Of a stretch of DNA of 64,000 nt, positions 37,822 through 47,708 are shown piece after piece (positions within the stretch are counted from its first letter, which is position 1; each line of letters starts with the position of its first letter). The notes below the pieces were generated by a model. That model was not told the DNA's origin, did no database searches, and saw only the letters and a program-made list of their open reading frames with translations. Where the stretch lies: contig CAXXGO010000006.1 in the NCBI GenBank assembly GCA_963666835.2, positions 1,152,001 through 1,216,000 on the forward strand, read 5' to 3'. The translations under genes and the position numbers were made by a program. Source of the stretch: Phycisphaerae bacterium. GTDB taxonomy: Bacteria; Planctomycetota; Phycisphaerae; UBA1845.

Positions 37822-39638
37822 GGCGGGCGGGGGATGCCCAGCCGAACGAAAATGTCATCATATTGGCACTGCAGGTGCTCGCGGGAAGGCCCGCCTTGCA
37901 GGTGGGACCAGGGGAAGATCTCGTCGCGTCCGCGTTCGCGGTGGGCGTACCAAGCCGGATCGATTCCCGTGGCGGTGAACGCGGATGTCCACACGTCCGC
38001 CCGGAAATGTTCATCCCAGCTATCGAATCGCGCTCCCGCCCGGTAGGCGTGTTCGATTGCGTCGGCCAGGCGGCGATCGCCGCGGGCGAAGACCCCTTCG
38101 AGGATGGAGCGTTCGACCAGATGGGTCTTAATGCGGACGCCGCCTTTCTTCTTTTTGGAGCCTTTGGCGGTGCCCCACAGGAGGCTTTGCAGCCTGATGC
38201 GAGCCTCGTGGAAGTACTCGGCCGTGGCTTGGGCGGACCACTGCATGGGGGTGTGGGGCTTGGGAACCAGCCAACCGACCGACGCGTTGACCCGGGCGGG
38301 TCCTTTGCCGAGCTCCCGCCGGATTTCCGAGACCTGGCGGGCGACGTGGACGATGCCGTCGATATCCTCCGGGCGTTCACCGGGGAACCCGCACATGAAA
38401 TAGAGCTTGACCGTGTGCCAGCCGGCCGCATAGGCCTGGCGGACCCCGTCGAGCAGATCTCCTTTCGTGACGGTTTTGTGGATGGCCTCGCGCATATCCT
38501 GGCTGGCCGCCTCGATGGCCATGGTCAGCCCGCTCTTGCGTACGGAGCCGGCCATCCAGGGAATATCCTGGAGCATCTTGTCGATCCGTAGCGAGGGCAA
38601 CGAAATGTTGACCCGCCGCGGGGCGAAGCGTTCGTTGATTCGCTCGGCGAGTTCCCGCAGTTGCGGATACTCGCCGGTGGACAGTGAGAGGAGTCCGAGT
38701 TCGTCCATGCCGGTAGCACGGTACATCTTCTCGGCCAGATCGAGAATCGTGGCGACGGAGCGAACTCGGATCGGTCTCTTCGTGTGCCCGGCGTGACAAA
38801 ATCGGCAGCGCCGGGGGCATCCGCGCATTATTTCTACGGCCATGCGGTCGTGGACGACCTCAACATGGGGCACGAGGGGACGTTCGGGAAACGGGGCGGC
38901 GTCAAAGTCGCGGGTCCCACAACGCCGGATGCTCTCGGGGATGCCGGCGCAGGCGGGGACGATGGACTCTATTGTGCCATCACTGTGGCATGACACGTCG
39001 TAGAGTGCCGGAGCATAGATCCACTCGAAACGTTTCGCGAGAGCCTCGATCATTTCACGCCGCGGCGTATTGTCGGCTTTGAGTTCCTTAGCCGCTTGGA
39101 TAATGGCGGCGGTGGAGTCTTCACCATCGCCCAGAACGACCAGGTCGAGGAACGGGGCGACCGGCTCGGGGTTATCGGCCTGTGGCCCGCCGGCGATAAC
39201 CAGGGGATGGCGGTCGTCGCGCTGCGCGGCCCGCAGGGGGATGTCGGACAGGTCGAGCAGTTGGAGCATCGAGGTGTAGGCCATCTCGTGCTGCAGGGAC
39301 ACGGCCAGGATGTCCGCGGAGCTGACCGGTTGGCGGGTATCCCAGGTGAACAGCTCGATCTTCTTGTGACGCATGAGTGACTCTGCGTCGGGGGCGGGGC
39401 AATACACTCGTTCGGCGCAACAGCCCTCAGTGTGGTTGATTATCCAGTAGATAATCTGGCAACCGAGGTGGCTCATTCCGATGGCGTACGTGTCCGGGAA
39501 CGCTACGGCGACCCGCAAATCGGCCGCCTGCCAGTCGCCGGGCTCGACGAGCTGGTTAATTTCTCGCCCGATGTACTGGCCCGGCTGACCTACGAACGGC
39601 AACAGCTCAAGTCGTACGCGGTCTGTGAGTTCCTTCAC
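37815..39638 (-). CDS. B12-binding radical SAM protein (TIGR03960-like)
   Basis: P.QY.G.E.N, FPD.Y.IGMSHLG, RGCPRRCRFC, PKPHTP.QW. Confidence 0.9.
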   Translation of the reverse strand: MKELTDRVRLELLPFVGQPGQYIGREINQLVEPGDWQAADLRVAVAFPDTYAIGMSHLGCQIIYWIINHTEGCCAERVYCPAPDAESLMRHKKIELFTWDTRQPVSSADILAVSLQHEMAYTSMLQLLDLSDIPLRAAQRDDRHPLVIAGGPQADNPEPVAPFLDLVVLGDGEDSTAAIIQAAKELKADNTPRREMIEALAKRFEWIYAPALYDVSCHSDGTIESIVPACAGIPESIRRCGTRDFDAAPFPERPLVPHVEVVHDRMAVEIMRGCPRRCRFCHAGHTKRPIRVRSVATILDLAEKMYRATGMDELGLLSLSTGEYPQLRELAERINERFAPRRVNISLPSLRIDKMLQDIPWMAGSVRKSGLTMAIEAASQDMREAIHKTVTKGDLLDGVRQAYAAGWHTVKLYFMCGFPGERPEDIDGIVHVARQVSEIRRELGKGPARVNASVGWLVPKPHTPMQWSAQATAEYFHEARIRLQSLLWGTAKGSKKKKGGVRIKTHLVERSILEGVFARGDRRLADAIEHAYRAGARFDSWDEHFRADVWTSAFTATGIDPAWYAHRERGRDEIFPWSHLQGGPSREHLQCQYDDIFVRLGIPRPPG

Positions 39639-39863
39639 GATACGTTCCTGTATTCAATTTTTACATAAAAACTGCAGCCAGGCAGAGCGTTCATGTCCTG
39701 TAACGATAGCGTTGTCAACTATCTTGACAAGTGTCGAACGATCAGTGTTTGGTCGAACGGCGTGTTTTGCCGATGAGTCTAATAGCGTGGAATTTTGTGG
39801 AATCGTGTATCATCAATTGTGTTGCGTTTTCCCGAGGTTCCGTGTAGGCTGTTAGTCAGCGCT

Positions 39864-40805
39864 ATGTATAGGATTAGCCATCCATCCCGGGTTTTGAGCC
39901 GTCGGCGTGGCGGTGCAAGACGACAGGCGACGACATTAATCGAGTTGCTTGTTGTGGTGGGGATCATCGGCTTGCTGATCAGCATGCTCATTCCTTCGCT
40001 CAAGCGCACCATGCGGCTGGCGGCATCGACGGTTTGCATGCACAACCTGGTGCAGATCGGGAATTCGCTGACGATGTATCGGGTGGACAGTGACGGGTGG
40101 TTGCCGACGGATCTTGCGACGGATGATGCAAGTGAAGCGGGCACCGTCGCGGGCATGGGCGATGATGACGCTTGGTTCCAACGGCTGTACCCGACGTACA
40201 TGAGCGATCTTCTGGTGATGACCTGTCCGGAGGATCCGTATCGCTATCAGATGGAGGAAGCCATCCGGCGGTGGGATGATCCATCGCTCAAGCAGCATCC
40301 GGACGATCCCGATATTGGGGACTGCGCCAGCTACGGCATAAACGGGTTTATCATGACGGCGGGGGGAGGCAAGCTGGCGGACCTTGACCGCCATCCGGCG
40401 AAGCGCCCGTTGGATACTATTCTCGTGACGGACCTTGGCCCGGACAGCCTGCGAATAGCGTCGAATCGGGCGAGTTCGAGCGGCTCGGGCAAGACCGGCA
40501 TGCGCCGGGAAGGGGCGGTCGCCCGTTGGGATGACGGGTATGATCCGCTCGTGGTCCAGGAAGAAGCCCCCTGGGTGACTCGGCGACACGGGCATGGCAT
40601 CAACATGTTGACAGTTGCTAACGGAGTCCGGTCCGCCCGGACTGTGGATGTCATGCGTGAGTCAGTCCGCGTGTACTACGAAGACTGTGCCGCCGGCGGG
40701 TGCGCGTTGTGCAACCGCACCGACCCCAGCAGACCTTTCATCTATCACTGCTCCTTCGCCAAGGACCGTTTGTTCTGGTGGACCGGGTCCACGAACGTCG
40801 ATTAA
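39864..40805 (+). CDS. prepilin-type N-terminal protein (DUF1559-like)
   Basis: TLIELLVVVGIIGLLISMLIPSL, C..NL.QIG, CP.D, SYG.N, RH...N. Confidence 0.85.
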   Translation: MYRISHPSRVLSRRRGGARRQATTLIELLVVVGIIGLLISMLIPSLKRTMRLAASTVCMHNLVQIGNSLTMYRVDSDGWLPTDLATDDASEAGTVAGMGDDDAWFQRLYPTYMSDLLVMTCPEDPYRYQMEEAIRRWDDPSLKQHPDDPDIGDCASYGINGFIMTAGGGKLADLDRHPAKRPLDTILVTDLGPDSLRIASNRASSSGSGKTGMRREGAVARWDDGYDPLVVQEEAPWVTRRHGHGINMLTVANGVRSARTVDVMRESVRVYYEDCAAGGCALCNRTDPSRPFIYHCSFAKDRLFWWTGSTNVD

Positions 40806-40811
40806 GAGCAC

Positions 40812-41354
40812 ATGTCACCGCGCGAAGCGAGAGGCCGCGGGTCAGGTCGTCAGCGCCGAAAGGTGCGCATCGTTGAGCCGCGCTCGACTACCCGCATGGC
40901 GCTCATCAGCTTTTTGATTACTGCCGCGGCCGCGGTCTTTTTGCTGGCTGTCTGGCGCTTCTGGCGTATTGAGGAGGCCGCCGCTCCGCACATGCGGGAC
41001 GTCAATGAGACGAGATTGAAATGGCGGTGCGAAGCGGGGCATCACTTCTTCGAATTGGGGCGGGCCGAACCGAGGGCCTGCCCGCGTTGCGGGAAGCCGG
41101 CTTATCCTGTGGGCATTTGGACCTGCCCGGAGCATGGCGAATTCGAGGTGGCTGTGCGGTTCGGGCCCGAGCCGGATGGTCGCGCCCGCGTGTCGGCCTA
41201 CTTGATTCCCGGCCAGGACTGGACCCCGGCGTCCGCCGGGCTGCATTGCCCGAAATGCGGAGCTGAGCTGGTGCGAAAGCCGGATGATCCGTACTCCGAC
41301 ATGCCGAAACAGCCGCGGAAACGAAAAAGCCGAGGCTCTTCGCGCGGAGGGTAG
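40812..41354 (+). CDS. membrane-anchored protein with Cys/His zinc-ribbon motifs
   Basis: One TM; CxxxH, CxxC, CxxH, CxxC. Confidence 0.65.
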   Translation: MSPREARGRGSGRQRRKVRIVEPRSTTRMALISFLITAAAAVFLLAVWRFWRIEEAAAPHMRDVNETRLKWRCEAGHHFFELGRAEPRACPRCGKPAYPVGIWTCPEHGEFEVAVRFGPEPDGRARVSAYLIPGQDWTPASAGLHCPKCGAELVRKPDDPYSDMPKQPRKRKSRGSSRGG

Positions 41355-41400
41355 CGCCGCCGGCGCCGAAGTGGTGGGTGCCCCGCCGGATCAACTGCGA

Positions 41401-42087
41401 TCAGTCTTCCTGCCAAGCGTCCGCGCCGATGAGTTTCACGAATCGGCATCCCAGCGAGCGCGTTTCCGTCGTCCGAGGCCCGCGCCGGTCTATGCACACC
41501 AGGGTCTGCTCGTGCCCTCCGCCGATCGGAGCCACCAGGCGGCCTCCGTCCGCGAGCTGCTCGATCAGGGGGGGCGGGGTGTAAGGAGCGGCCGCGGTGA
41601 CGATTATCCGGTCGAACGGGGCGTGGTCGGCCCAGCCGAGGCTGCCGTCGCCGCAGTGCCCCGTTACGTTGGACAGGCCGAGGTCGGACAGGGTCCGGGC
41701 GGCGCGCTGGTGCAGGGCTTCTATCCGTTCCACTGTGAACACATGGCGGCAGAGCGAGGCCAGGATGGCCGTCTGATAGCCCGTACCGGTTCCGATCTCC
41801 AGGACGCGGCAGGTCGGCGTTACGGCGAGCTGGGCCGTCATGTAGGCGACGATGTACGGTTGGCTGATTGTCTGCCCGAGACCGATGGGCACCGCGTGGT
41901 CTTCGTAAGCGCGCTCCCGAACGTCGTCCGGCATGAAGATCTCGCGTGGTATGTTCGACATCGCAGTAAGGACCGCGGAATCCCGAACACCCCGGCGACG
42001 GATCTGCTCGTCTACCATCGTCAACCTGAGTTGCCGCCAATCCGTCATTTGACTACTACTGTTAGGCATCGAAGGATACCTCGGCAC
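41401..42087 (-). CDS. pcm: protein-L-isoaspartate O-methyltransferase (start may be 42069 or 42048)
   Basis: GQTISQPY, VLEIGTGTGYQ, APFDRIIVTAA. Confidence 0.95.
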   Translation of the reverse strand: MPRYPSMPNSSSQMTDWRQLRLTMVDEQIRRRGVRDSAVLTAMSNIPREIFMPDDVRERAYEDHAVPIGLGQTISQPYIVAYMTAQLAVTPTCRVLEIGTGTGYQTAILASLCRHVFTVERIEALHQRAARTLSDLGLSNVTGHCGDGSLGWADHAPFDRIIVTAAAPYTPPPLIEQLADGGRLVAPIGGGHEQTLVCIDRRGPRTTETRSLGCRFVKLIGADAWQED

Positions 42088-42220
42088 TTATACGCCGGGA
42101 GATTACGAATCGCCAATTGTGCTTGCGGATTGAGACGAAGACAAGCGCGGAACAAGGCCAATCCAGGGGGAAGCGGGGCGTCAGTCCGGTTCGGAGCATT
42201 CGGCAAAGGAGGGTGGTTGA

Positions 42221-43012
42221 ATGGCTGTCATCACCTTGACCACTGATTTCGGGACGCAGGACCACTACGTCGGCGTTATGAAGGGAGCGATTCTGCGGAT
42301 TAGCCCAGACGTTAGTCTTGTGGATATCACGCACGAGATTGCACCGGGCGACGTCGAACATGGGGCGTTCATTCTCAGAGAGGCGTGGCCGTTCTTCCCG
42401 CCCGGCACGATTCACCTGGCGGTGGTCGATCCGGGAGTCGGTTCGGATCGGCGGCTTCTCGTCGGCAAGTACGCCGGATGCTGGGTTGTCGCACCGGACA
42501 ACGGCTTGCTTACGTTCATCCACCGCGACTTGGCAGCGCAGGGGTTGTTCTGCATTTCGAACCCGGAGATTCTCCCCGATGAGGTCTCGGCGACGTTCCA
42601 CGGCCGGGATGTTATGGCTCCGGTAGCGGCTCACCTCGCCAACGGCGTTGCTCCGCGACAGTTCGGGCCGGAGTTGGAGAGCCCGGTGCTGCTGCCAGTA
42701 GCAGAGGTTGAGGTGATTGAGGGGCGCGTTGGCGGTCGAATACTGCGTGTCGATCGTTTCGGAACGATGGTGACCAACATCGAGAAGCGGCACCTCAGGG
42801 CGTCATGCGGCCCCGGCCGATTCGCCGAGGTTTTCGTGAACGGTACCAGCATCGGACCAGTCCGCACGACGTTCTCTGACGTCCCCATGGGGCAACCCTT
42901 GGCTTTTCTCGGAAGCGGGGGCTATCTGGAAATCGCCATCAACCGGGGGCGAGCGATTGATTGCTTCGGGCCGCGTGATACCGTTCAGATCGAATTGCGG
43001 TATCCGGAGTAG
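42221..43012 (+). CDS. SAM hydroxide adenosyltransferase / chlorinase-fluorinase family (DUF62)
   Basis: LTTDFG, VVDPGVG, PDNG, TFHGRD, DRFG, LEIAIN. Confidence 0.92.
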   Translation: MAVITLTTDFGTQDHYVGVMKGAILRISPDVSLVDITHEIAPGDVEHGAFILREAWPFFPPGTIHLAVVDPGVGSDRRLLVGKYAGCWVVAPDNGLLTFIHRDLAAQGLFCISNPEILPDEVSATFHGRDVMAPVAAHLANGVAPRQFGPELESPVLLPVAEVEVIEGRVGGRILRVDRFGTMVTNIEKRHLRASCGPGRFAEVFVNGTSIGPVRTTFSDVPMGQPLAFLGSGGYLEIAINRGRAIDCFGPRDTVQIELRYPE

Positions 43013-43232
43013 GTACATACCCCGCCATCGCGTAGTTCGCCAGTTCACTTTTTGGTGGGGATAACCCCGCTCGGTTAACTAAAACAGGCAGCTATCTTCA
43101 GAATGTCTTTCACCTGGCCGATACTCGGGTTGACGGTCGGGGAGTTAATCCCCCCATTCTACAGCAATCGGTGCCGATCATTTTAGCTGTAAACGTGTTC
43201 GCAGGCTCACTTACAGTGCAAGGAGAAGGTTT

Positions 43233-43514
43233 ATGAATACTGGAAACAATGCCGGTACGGGATACGATACCAACACTCAGGTTTGGACGAAGGTGCCGTT
43301 CGAGAACATCAACGAACCGGGCTGCTACGTGTGCAACTGGAGCGGTCACCTCCTGCGCGTGCCGGACGACGGCGTTGCGCCGGGACGTTCGCCGCTGATC
43401 AATGTCATCGGGACGGAGACGCTGTATGTAACGAAGATCAGCGATAACCCGTTCATCCCGTTGACCAAGGCCCGCATGATGGCGAGCAACTACGACATCA
43501 ACGTCAACTTCTGA
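43233..43514 (+). CDS. small hypothetical protein
   Basis: AAGGAG SD, gene-like codon usage, downstream hairpin. Confidence 0.75.
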   Translation: MNTGNNAGTGYDTNTQVWTKVPFENINEPGCYVCNWSGHLLRVPDDGVAPGRSPLINVIGTETLYVTKISDNPFIPLTKARMMASNYDINVNF

Positions 43515-43545
43515 CGAAGTCGGCGGAGTTAGGATGAGAGAGAAG

Positions 43546-43590
43546 AGGTCCGGAGGACGAGGTGTTTCGGCATCTTGCCTTCGGACCTTT
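43546..43590 (+). terminator. long hairpin, probable terminator
   Basis: AGGTCCGGAGG...CCTTCGGACCT followed by TT. Confidence 0.55.
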
Positions 43591-43886
43591 CCTCGCGCCG
43601 GTGGCTCAAACCGGGGTGTGCCCGAGCGTCACGTCTGCTTTCAGTTGTCTGATTCTCCGGGGTTAATCCCCGACCGTCCTTTGCGGTAGTGCGGAATCTG
43701 AGCGTGTTGCGCTGCAGTCTGCCAGCGGCAGGATACCCGATACCAGTGCTGCGAGTTTCACCCGGGCAGATGGCGTGGTATCTAAGCTACGCGTTGCGCT
43801 GACTTTACTGCAGATGACCGTAGATTCTCGGCTCGGCTCGGATCCGTGCAGAAGGCGGGCGGATTGTGCCAATGCAATCAAGAGAA

Positions 43887-43903
43887 TCGGCAAGATTTGC
43901 CGA
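43887..43903. promoter_or_regulatory. perfect palindrome TCGGCAA-GAT-TTGCCGA (ftr-like site)
   Basis: Upstream of the first gene of the flagellar cluster. Confidence 0.45.
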
Positions 43904-43949
43904 CATTCACAGGTACCGCGTCAGGAGGATGCGGAAGTGACTCGAGACG

Positions 43950-46346
43950 TTGCTCAGGATGGGCGCCATGTCGGAATGGTCTGCGCTTAAGGAGCGAGTA
44001 GCCGGGAGGTGGCAGATCCCGCTCTTCGTTTTCTCGCTCTTCATGCTTGCAGGGGCGTTTCTGCGCGTTATTCCCTCCGCGACTCCGTCCACCTTCGCCG
44101 AAATCTCGGAGTATCTGAACACTCTGGTGGCGGGCGGACTTAACGACCAAGTCATCCAATTCGGCGAGCGACTTCTAGCAGATGAAGAGCCTCACACGCC
44201 GGCGGAACTGGCCCCCGTCCATCTGGCTATGGCGCGGGCTCAATACGCCGAGGCCATCCAAAGCCGAGTCCAGACTGCCGGCGCCGGGCAAGCGGTAGTC
44301 GAACACTATTCGCATGCCGTTTCCGGTGGGCTTCCTCTGACTGTGGACGATCGGGTCCGCCGGGGCTGGGCTTACGAATGGCAGAGAGATCACATCGCTG
44401 CCGAGGAGGACTTCAGAAAGGCGGTCGACGAGGGGATCGAAGAAGCCTCCGAGCTGCGCAAACACCTCGTTCAGCTTCATCGAGAGAAGCTGGGCACTCC
44501 GCCGGATGAGGTGCAAGCACTACTCAATGAGCTTCTCGCTCACGTGGAGGACCACCGGCTGGATCTACGTCTTTGGGCGATCGAAGCGCTATTGGAGGTT
44601 GGGGAGGAGCTGGGCACGCTGGAGGAAGCAGCCACTCTATTGGTCCGCAACGAGGATCGCTTCCACGGCACTGACCTGCAGAATCGGTTCGATTTCCTCA
44701 AGGCGCTCGTACTCTTTCGAACGGGGCATTACGACGACGCCGAGACCTTCCTACGTACTCTGCGGAATCGGACAAGACCCGGCGAGGAGACGCATGCGGC
44801 CTCGGGCTGGCTGCTGGGTCGCGTAGTGCTCAGCGACGGAGAGCCGCAACGCCCACTCGAGGCCTTGTCGTTCTTCACGGATGTCATTGCCCATCACCCG
44901 GGAAGCGCCTATGCGGCGGCCAGTCGGGTGGGGCAGGCGGAGGCGTATGTCCATCTTGAGCGCCATGACGATGCGATCAGCACGTATCGAATGGCGATCG
45001 AGGATCTGGAAGCGCTGCGGAGCAAACGTCTGGTAGATCTGGAGGTTCTGCGTACTTCTTTGGGGGTTATGGCTGACCTGCAGAGGCAGAAAGGTGACTC
45101 GGAGGCGTCGCTGGCGTACATTCGGCTGGCGGTTTCGTTGATCGATCGAGAGGACTCGGAGCAGGCGATTCTGCTTCTTTCGCAGCTTGCTCGGGCTCTG
45201 GAGCAACATGCCGGTCAGCTTGGCGGAGTGGATGATGAGGCCGCGGCTGATCCGGAATCGGCCGGCCCGTCCGGCTCGCCGACGATGCGACGCCTGTATG
45301 CCGAAGCGGCGTCGACTTACTTGCGGCTCGCCAAGATGGGTACGCTGAACGAGTCGCGCTCTGCAGGCTGGAACTGGCAGGCCGCGGAGTTGTTCGTCAA
45401 GGCCGGAGAGCTTGCCCGGGCGGTGGACCTGTTTCACGCTTTTGTTGCGGAGCGTCCCGGAAACCCGTTGGTTCCTCGGGCGATTCTGCGCATGGCTCAG
45501 CTTCACTCTGCGATGGGTCATCCGGACGAGTCTATTGCGGCTTATCAGGAGTGCTATCGGAGATTCCCTCGAACCTTGGACGGTTCGCGCGCTCTGGTCC
45601 CGTTGGCAGAGAGTTATCTTGCCAAGGGGCCGGGCAACGAGGAATTGGCGGAGAAGACTCTGCGGATTGTCTTGGAGGACTCGCAGGTATTCACTCCGCA
45701 GGCCCCCGAGTTCGCCAACGCACTCTTTTTGCTGGGGGACGTTCTTAGTCGACAGGGATCGTATGAGCGAGCTATTGCCACGTTCGAAGAGGCTTTGGAA
45801 CGTTATCCGGATGACCCGCGTGCTTCCCGGGCGTACTTTCTGCTTGCGGACGCGTATCGACGGAGCGCTTTGGCTCTGAAAGAGAAGATGGCCGAAGCGA
45901 CATTTGTTGGTGAACTGCAACAGATGCAACGCGAGTCCACGACGAGATTCGAGCAGGCGGGCCGACTCTACCGGCGGCTGATCGACGAGTACGAAGCTCG
46001 CGGAACGGACGAGCTGACGCCGTTGGAAGAACTGCAACGTCGCCACGCAGCTTTGTACGAGGCCGACTGCTGCTTTGAGATCCGTGACTACCGGCGGGCA
46101 CTGAAGCTCTACGAAGAGGCGGCGGCCAAGTTCAAGAACTCCAGTTCCGGGTTGGCGGCGTACGTGCAGATTATCAACTGCCATGTGTTCCTCAGCCGTC
46201 CTTTGGAGGCTCGGGCGGCGCTGGCCCGGGCCTTGATTCTGGTTGACTCAATACCCGGGGACGCGTTCGATCAATCGGTTTCGCCGGAAACGCGGGATGA
46301 TTGGAGACGGTACTTCGAATGGCTGGGAGAATCGGAGCTCTTCTGA
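43950..46346 (+). CDS. membrane-anchored TPR protein heading the flagellar cluster
   Basis: N-terminal TM and many TPR motifs. Confidence 0.85.
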   Translation: MLRMGAMSEWSALKERVAGRWQIPLFVFSLFMLAGAFLRVIPSATPSTFAEISEYLNTLVAGGLNDQVIQFGERLLADEEPHTPAELAPVHLAMARAQYAEAIQSRVQTAGAGQAVVEHYSHAVSGGLPLTVDDRVRRGWAYEWQRDHIAAEEDFRKAVDEGIEEASELRKHLVQLHREKLGTPPDEVQALLNELLAHVEDHRLDLRLWAIEALLEVGEELGTLEEAATLLVRNEDRFHGTDLQNRFDFLKALVLFRTGHYDDAETFLRTLRNRTRPGEETHAASGWLLGRVVLSDGEPQRPLEALSFFTDVIAHHPGSAYAAASRVGQAEAYVHLERHDDAISTYRMAIEDLEALRSKRLVDLEVLRTSLGVMADLQRQKGDSEASLAYIRLAVSLIDREDSEQAILLLSQLARALEQHAGQLGGVDDEAAADPESAGPSGSPTMRRLYAEAASTYLRLAKMGTLNESRSAGWNWQAAELFVKAGELARAVDLFHAFVAERPGNPLVPRAILRMAQLHSAMGHPDESIAAYQECYRRFPRTLDGSRALVPLAESYLAKGPGNEELAEKTLRIVLEDSQVFTPQAPEFANALFLLGDVLSRQGSYERAIATFEEALERYPDDPRASRAYFLLADAYRRSALALKEKMAEATFVGELQQMQRESTTRFEQAGRLYRRLIDEYEARGTDELTPLEELQRRHAALYEADCCFEIRDYRRALKLYEEAAAKFKNSSSGLAAYVQIINCHVFLSRPLEARAALARALILVDSIPGDAFDQSVSPETRDDWRRYFEWLGESELF

Positions 46347-46347
46347 C

Positions 46348-46845
46348 ATGGTGGACGATAAGATGACTCCAGTATCCGCGACGAACGAACTTCCGGTGGA
46401 CACGCCGGCGGGTGTGGTCTCTCTGTTACGCGAGCAGGTGTCGTTGTACGGCCGGCTCGAGGGTCTGGCCGCGAAGCAGCAATCCCTGGTGGCGGAGGAG
46501 GATACGGGTCCGCTGCTTACGTTGTTGGCCAAGCGCCAGAAGCTCTCGGCGGAGTTGGTCGGCATGCGCAGGCGGCTCGAACCGATCCGACGTGATTGGG
46601 ATCGGCACCGGGAGAATCTTTCCGGGGGTGAACGCGAGGAGGCGGATCGGCTGCTGAAGGAGATCAAGCGGTTGCTCCGGAATGTGATTCAGCGCGACGA
46701 AGAGGACGCCCGGCTGTTGTCGGCGCGCAAGGAGGCGGTGGCGAAGGCTTTACGCGGGAGTCATTCGACGGAGCAGGTTCTCTCGGCGTATCGGTCCCCC
46801 CGCGATAATCCCGGGCGGATCAGCCATTTGGATGAAGCGTCATGA
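46348..46845 (+). CDS. FlgN-like flagellar export chaperone
   Basis: Coiled-coil pattern L..Q..LY..L..L...Q; flagellar context. Confidence 0.6.
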   Translation: MVDDKMTPVSATNELPVDTPAGVVSLLREQVSLYGRLEGLAAKQQSLVAEEDTGPLLTLLAKRQKLSAELVGMRRRLEPIRRDWDRHRENLSGGEREEADRLLKEIKRLLRNVIQRDEEDARLLSARKEAVAKALRGSHSTEQVLSAYRSPRDNPGRISHLDEAS

Positions 46846-47708
46846 GCACGGCACCAGTAGTGAGCGGGGCCGAACTGGCCACCGTCATTCAGACCTACAA
46901 CGAGGTTACGGAACGGCTCAAGCAGTCGCACGAGTTGCTCGGGCAGGAAGTCTGCCGCCTGCGCGAGGAGTTGCAGGAGAAGAACCGAGAGCTGGAACGC
47001 CGGGAGCGGCTGGCGGCTTTGGGGGAAATGGCGGCCGGGGTCGCGCACGAGATACGGAACCCGCTGGGGGCGATCGGGTTGTACGCCTCGCTGCTGGGAC
47101 GCGATTTGCAGGACCGACCCAACGAATTGGAGATCTGCCGGCGGATCGGAGCCGGGGTGCGGAACCTCGAGGGTATCGTCGGGGATATTCTGGCGTTCGC
47201 CGGAGGGGCCGAACCTCGCCGTCAGGTTGTCCGTGTGGCGGAGATTCTCGAGACCGTGACCACCCAAACTGCGCCACAGGCGCGGGCTCTGGAAGCCGTG
47301 ATCGAAGTTGATGAGAAGTTGACGGACTTGGAACTTTTCTGCGATGCGGGACAGCTCGAACGGGCGTTGTTGAATCTGGTGTTCAATGCCCTTGATGCCG
47401 TTGGAGCCGGGGGGCGAGTTCGCGTGCGGGCCGGCGAACCGCGCGACGGGGATCGTCTGTTCCCAATCGTTGTCGAGGACAACGGTCCGGGGATTGAGCC
47501 GGCGATTGCCCAGCGCGTGTTCAATCCCTTTTTCACTACCAAGGACACGGGAACCGGGTTGGGCTTGGCGATAGTCCACCGGATCGTCGAATCAAACGGC
47601 GGGGTGATTACGGCGGGACGAGCCGGCTTAGGTGGCGCGGCGATGACGTTGCGGCTGCCCGTGCATGACCGGGAAGACAAGGCGGAAGAACCGGGAGGAA
47701 TCGAATAG
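46842..47708 (+). CDS. sensor-less cytoplasmic histidine kinase (FlgS/FleS-like)
   Basis: AHEIRNPL, NA.DA, DNGPG, FFTTK..GTGLGL. Confidence 0.92.
   Translation: MSTAPVVSGAELATVIQTYNEVTERLKQSHELLGQEVCRLREELQEKNRELERRERLAALGEMAAGVAHEIRNPLGAIGLYASLLGRDLQDRPNELEICRRIGAGVRNLEGIVGDILAFAGGAEPRRQVVRVAEILETVTTQTAPQARALEAVIEVDEKLTDLELFCDAGQLERALLNLVFNALDAVGAGGRVRVRAGEPRDGDRLFPIVVEDNGPGIEPAIAQRVFNPFFTTKDTGTGLGLAIVHRIVESNGGVITAGRAGLGGAAMTLRLPVHDREDKAEEPGGIE

Noticed and set aside
39712..39730. TTGTCAA-N5-TTGACAA as a special operator
   Set aside because: Adequately explained as back-to-back -35 boxes of divergent promoters
42221..43012. DUF62 gene as a halogenase of a biosynthetic cluster
   Set aside because: It keeps the TFHGRD pattern typical of SAM hydrolases and has no biosynthetic neighbours
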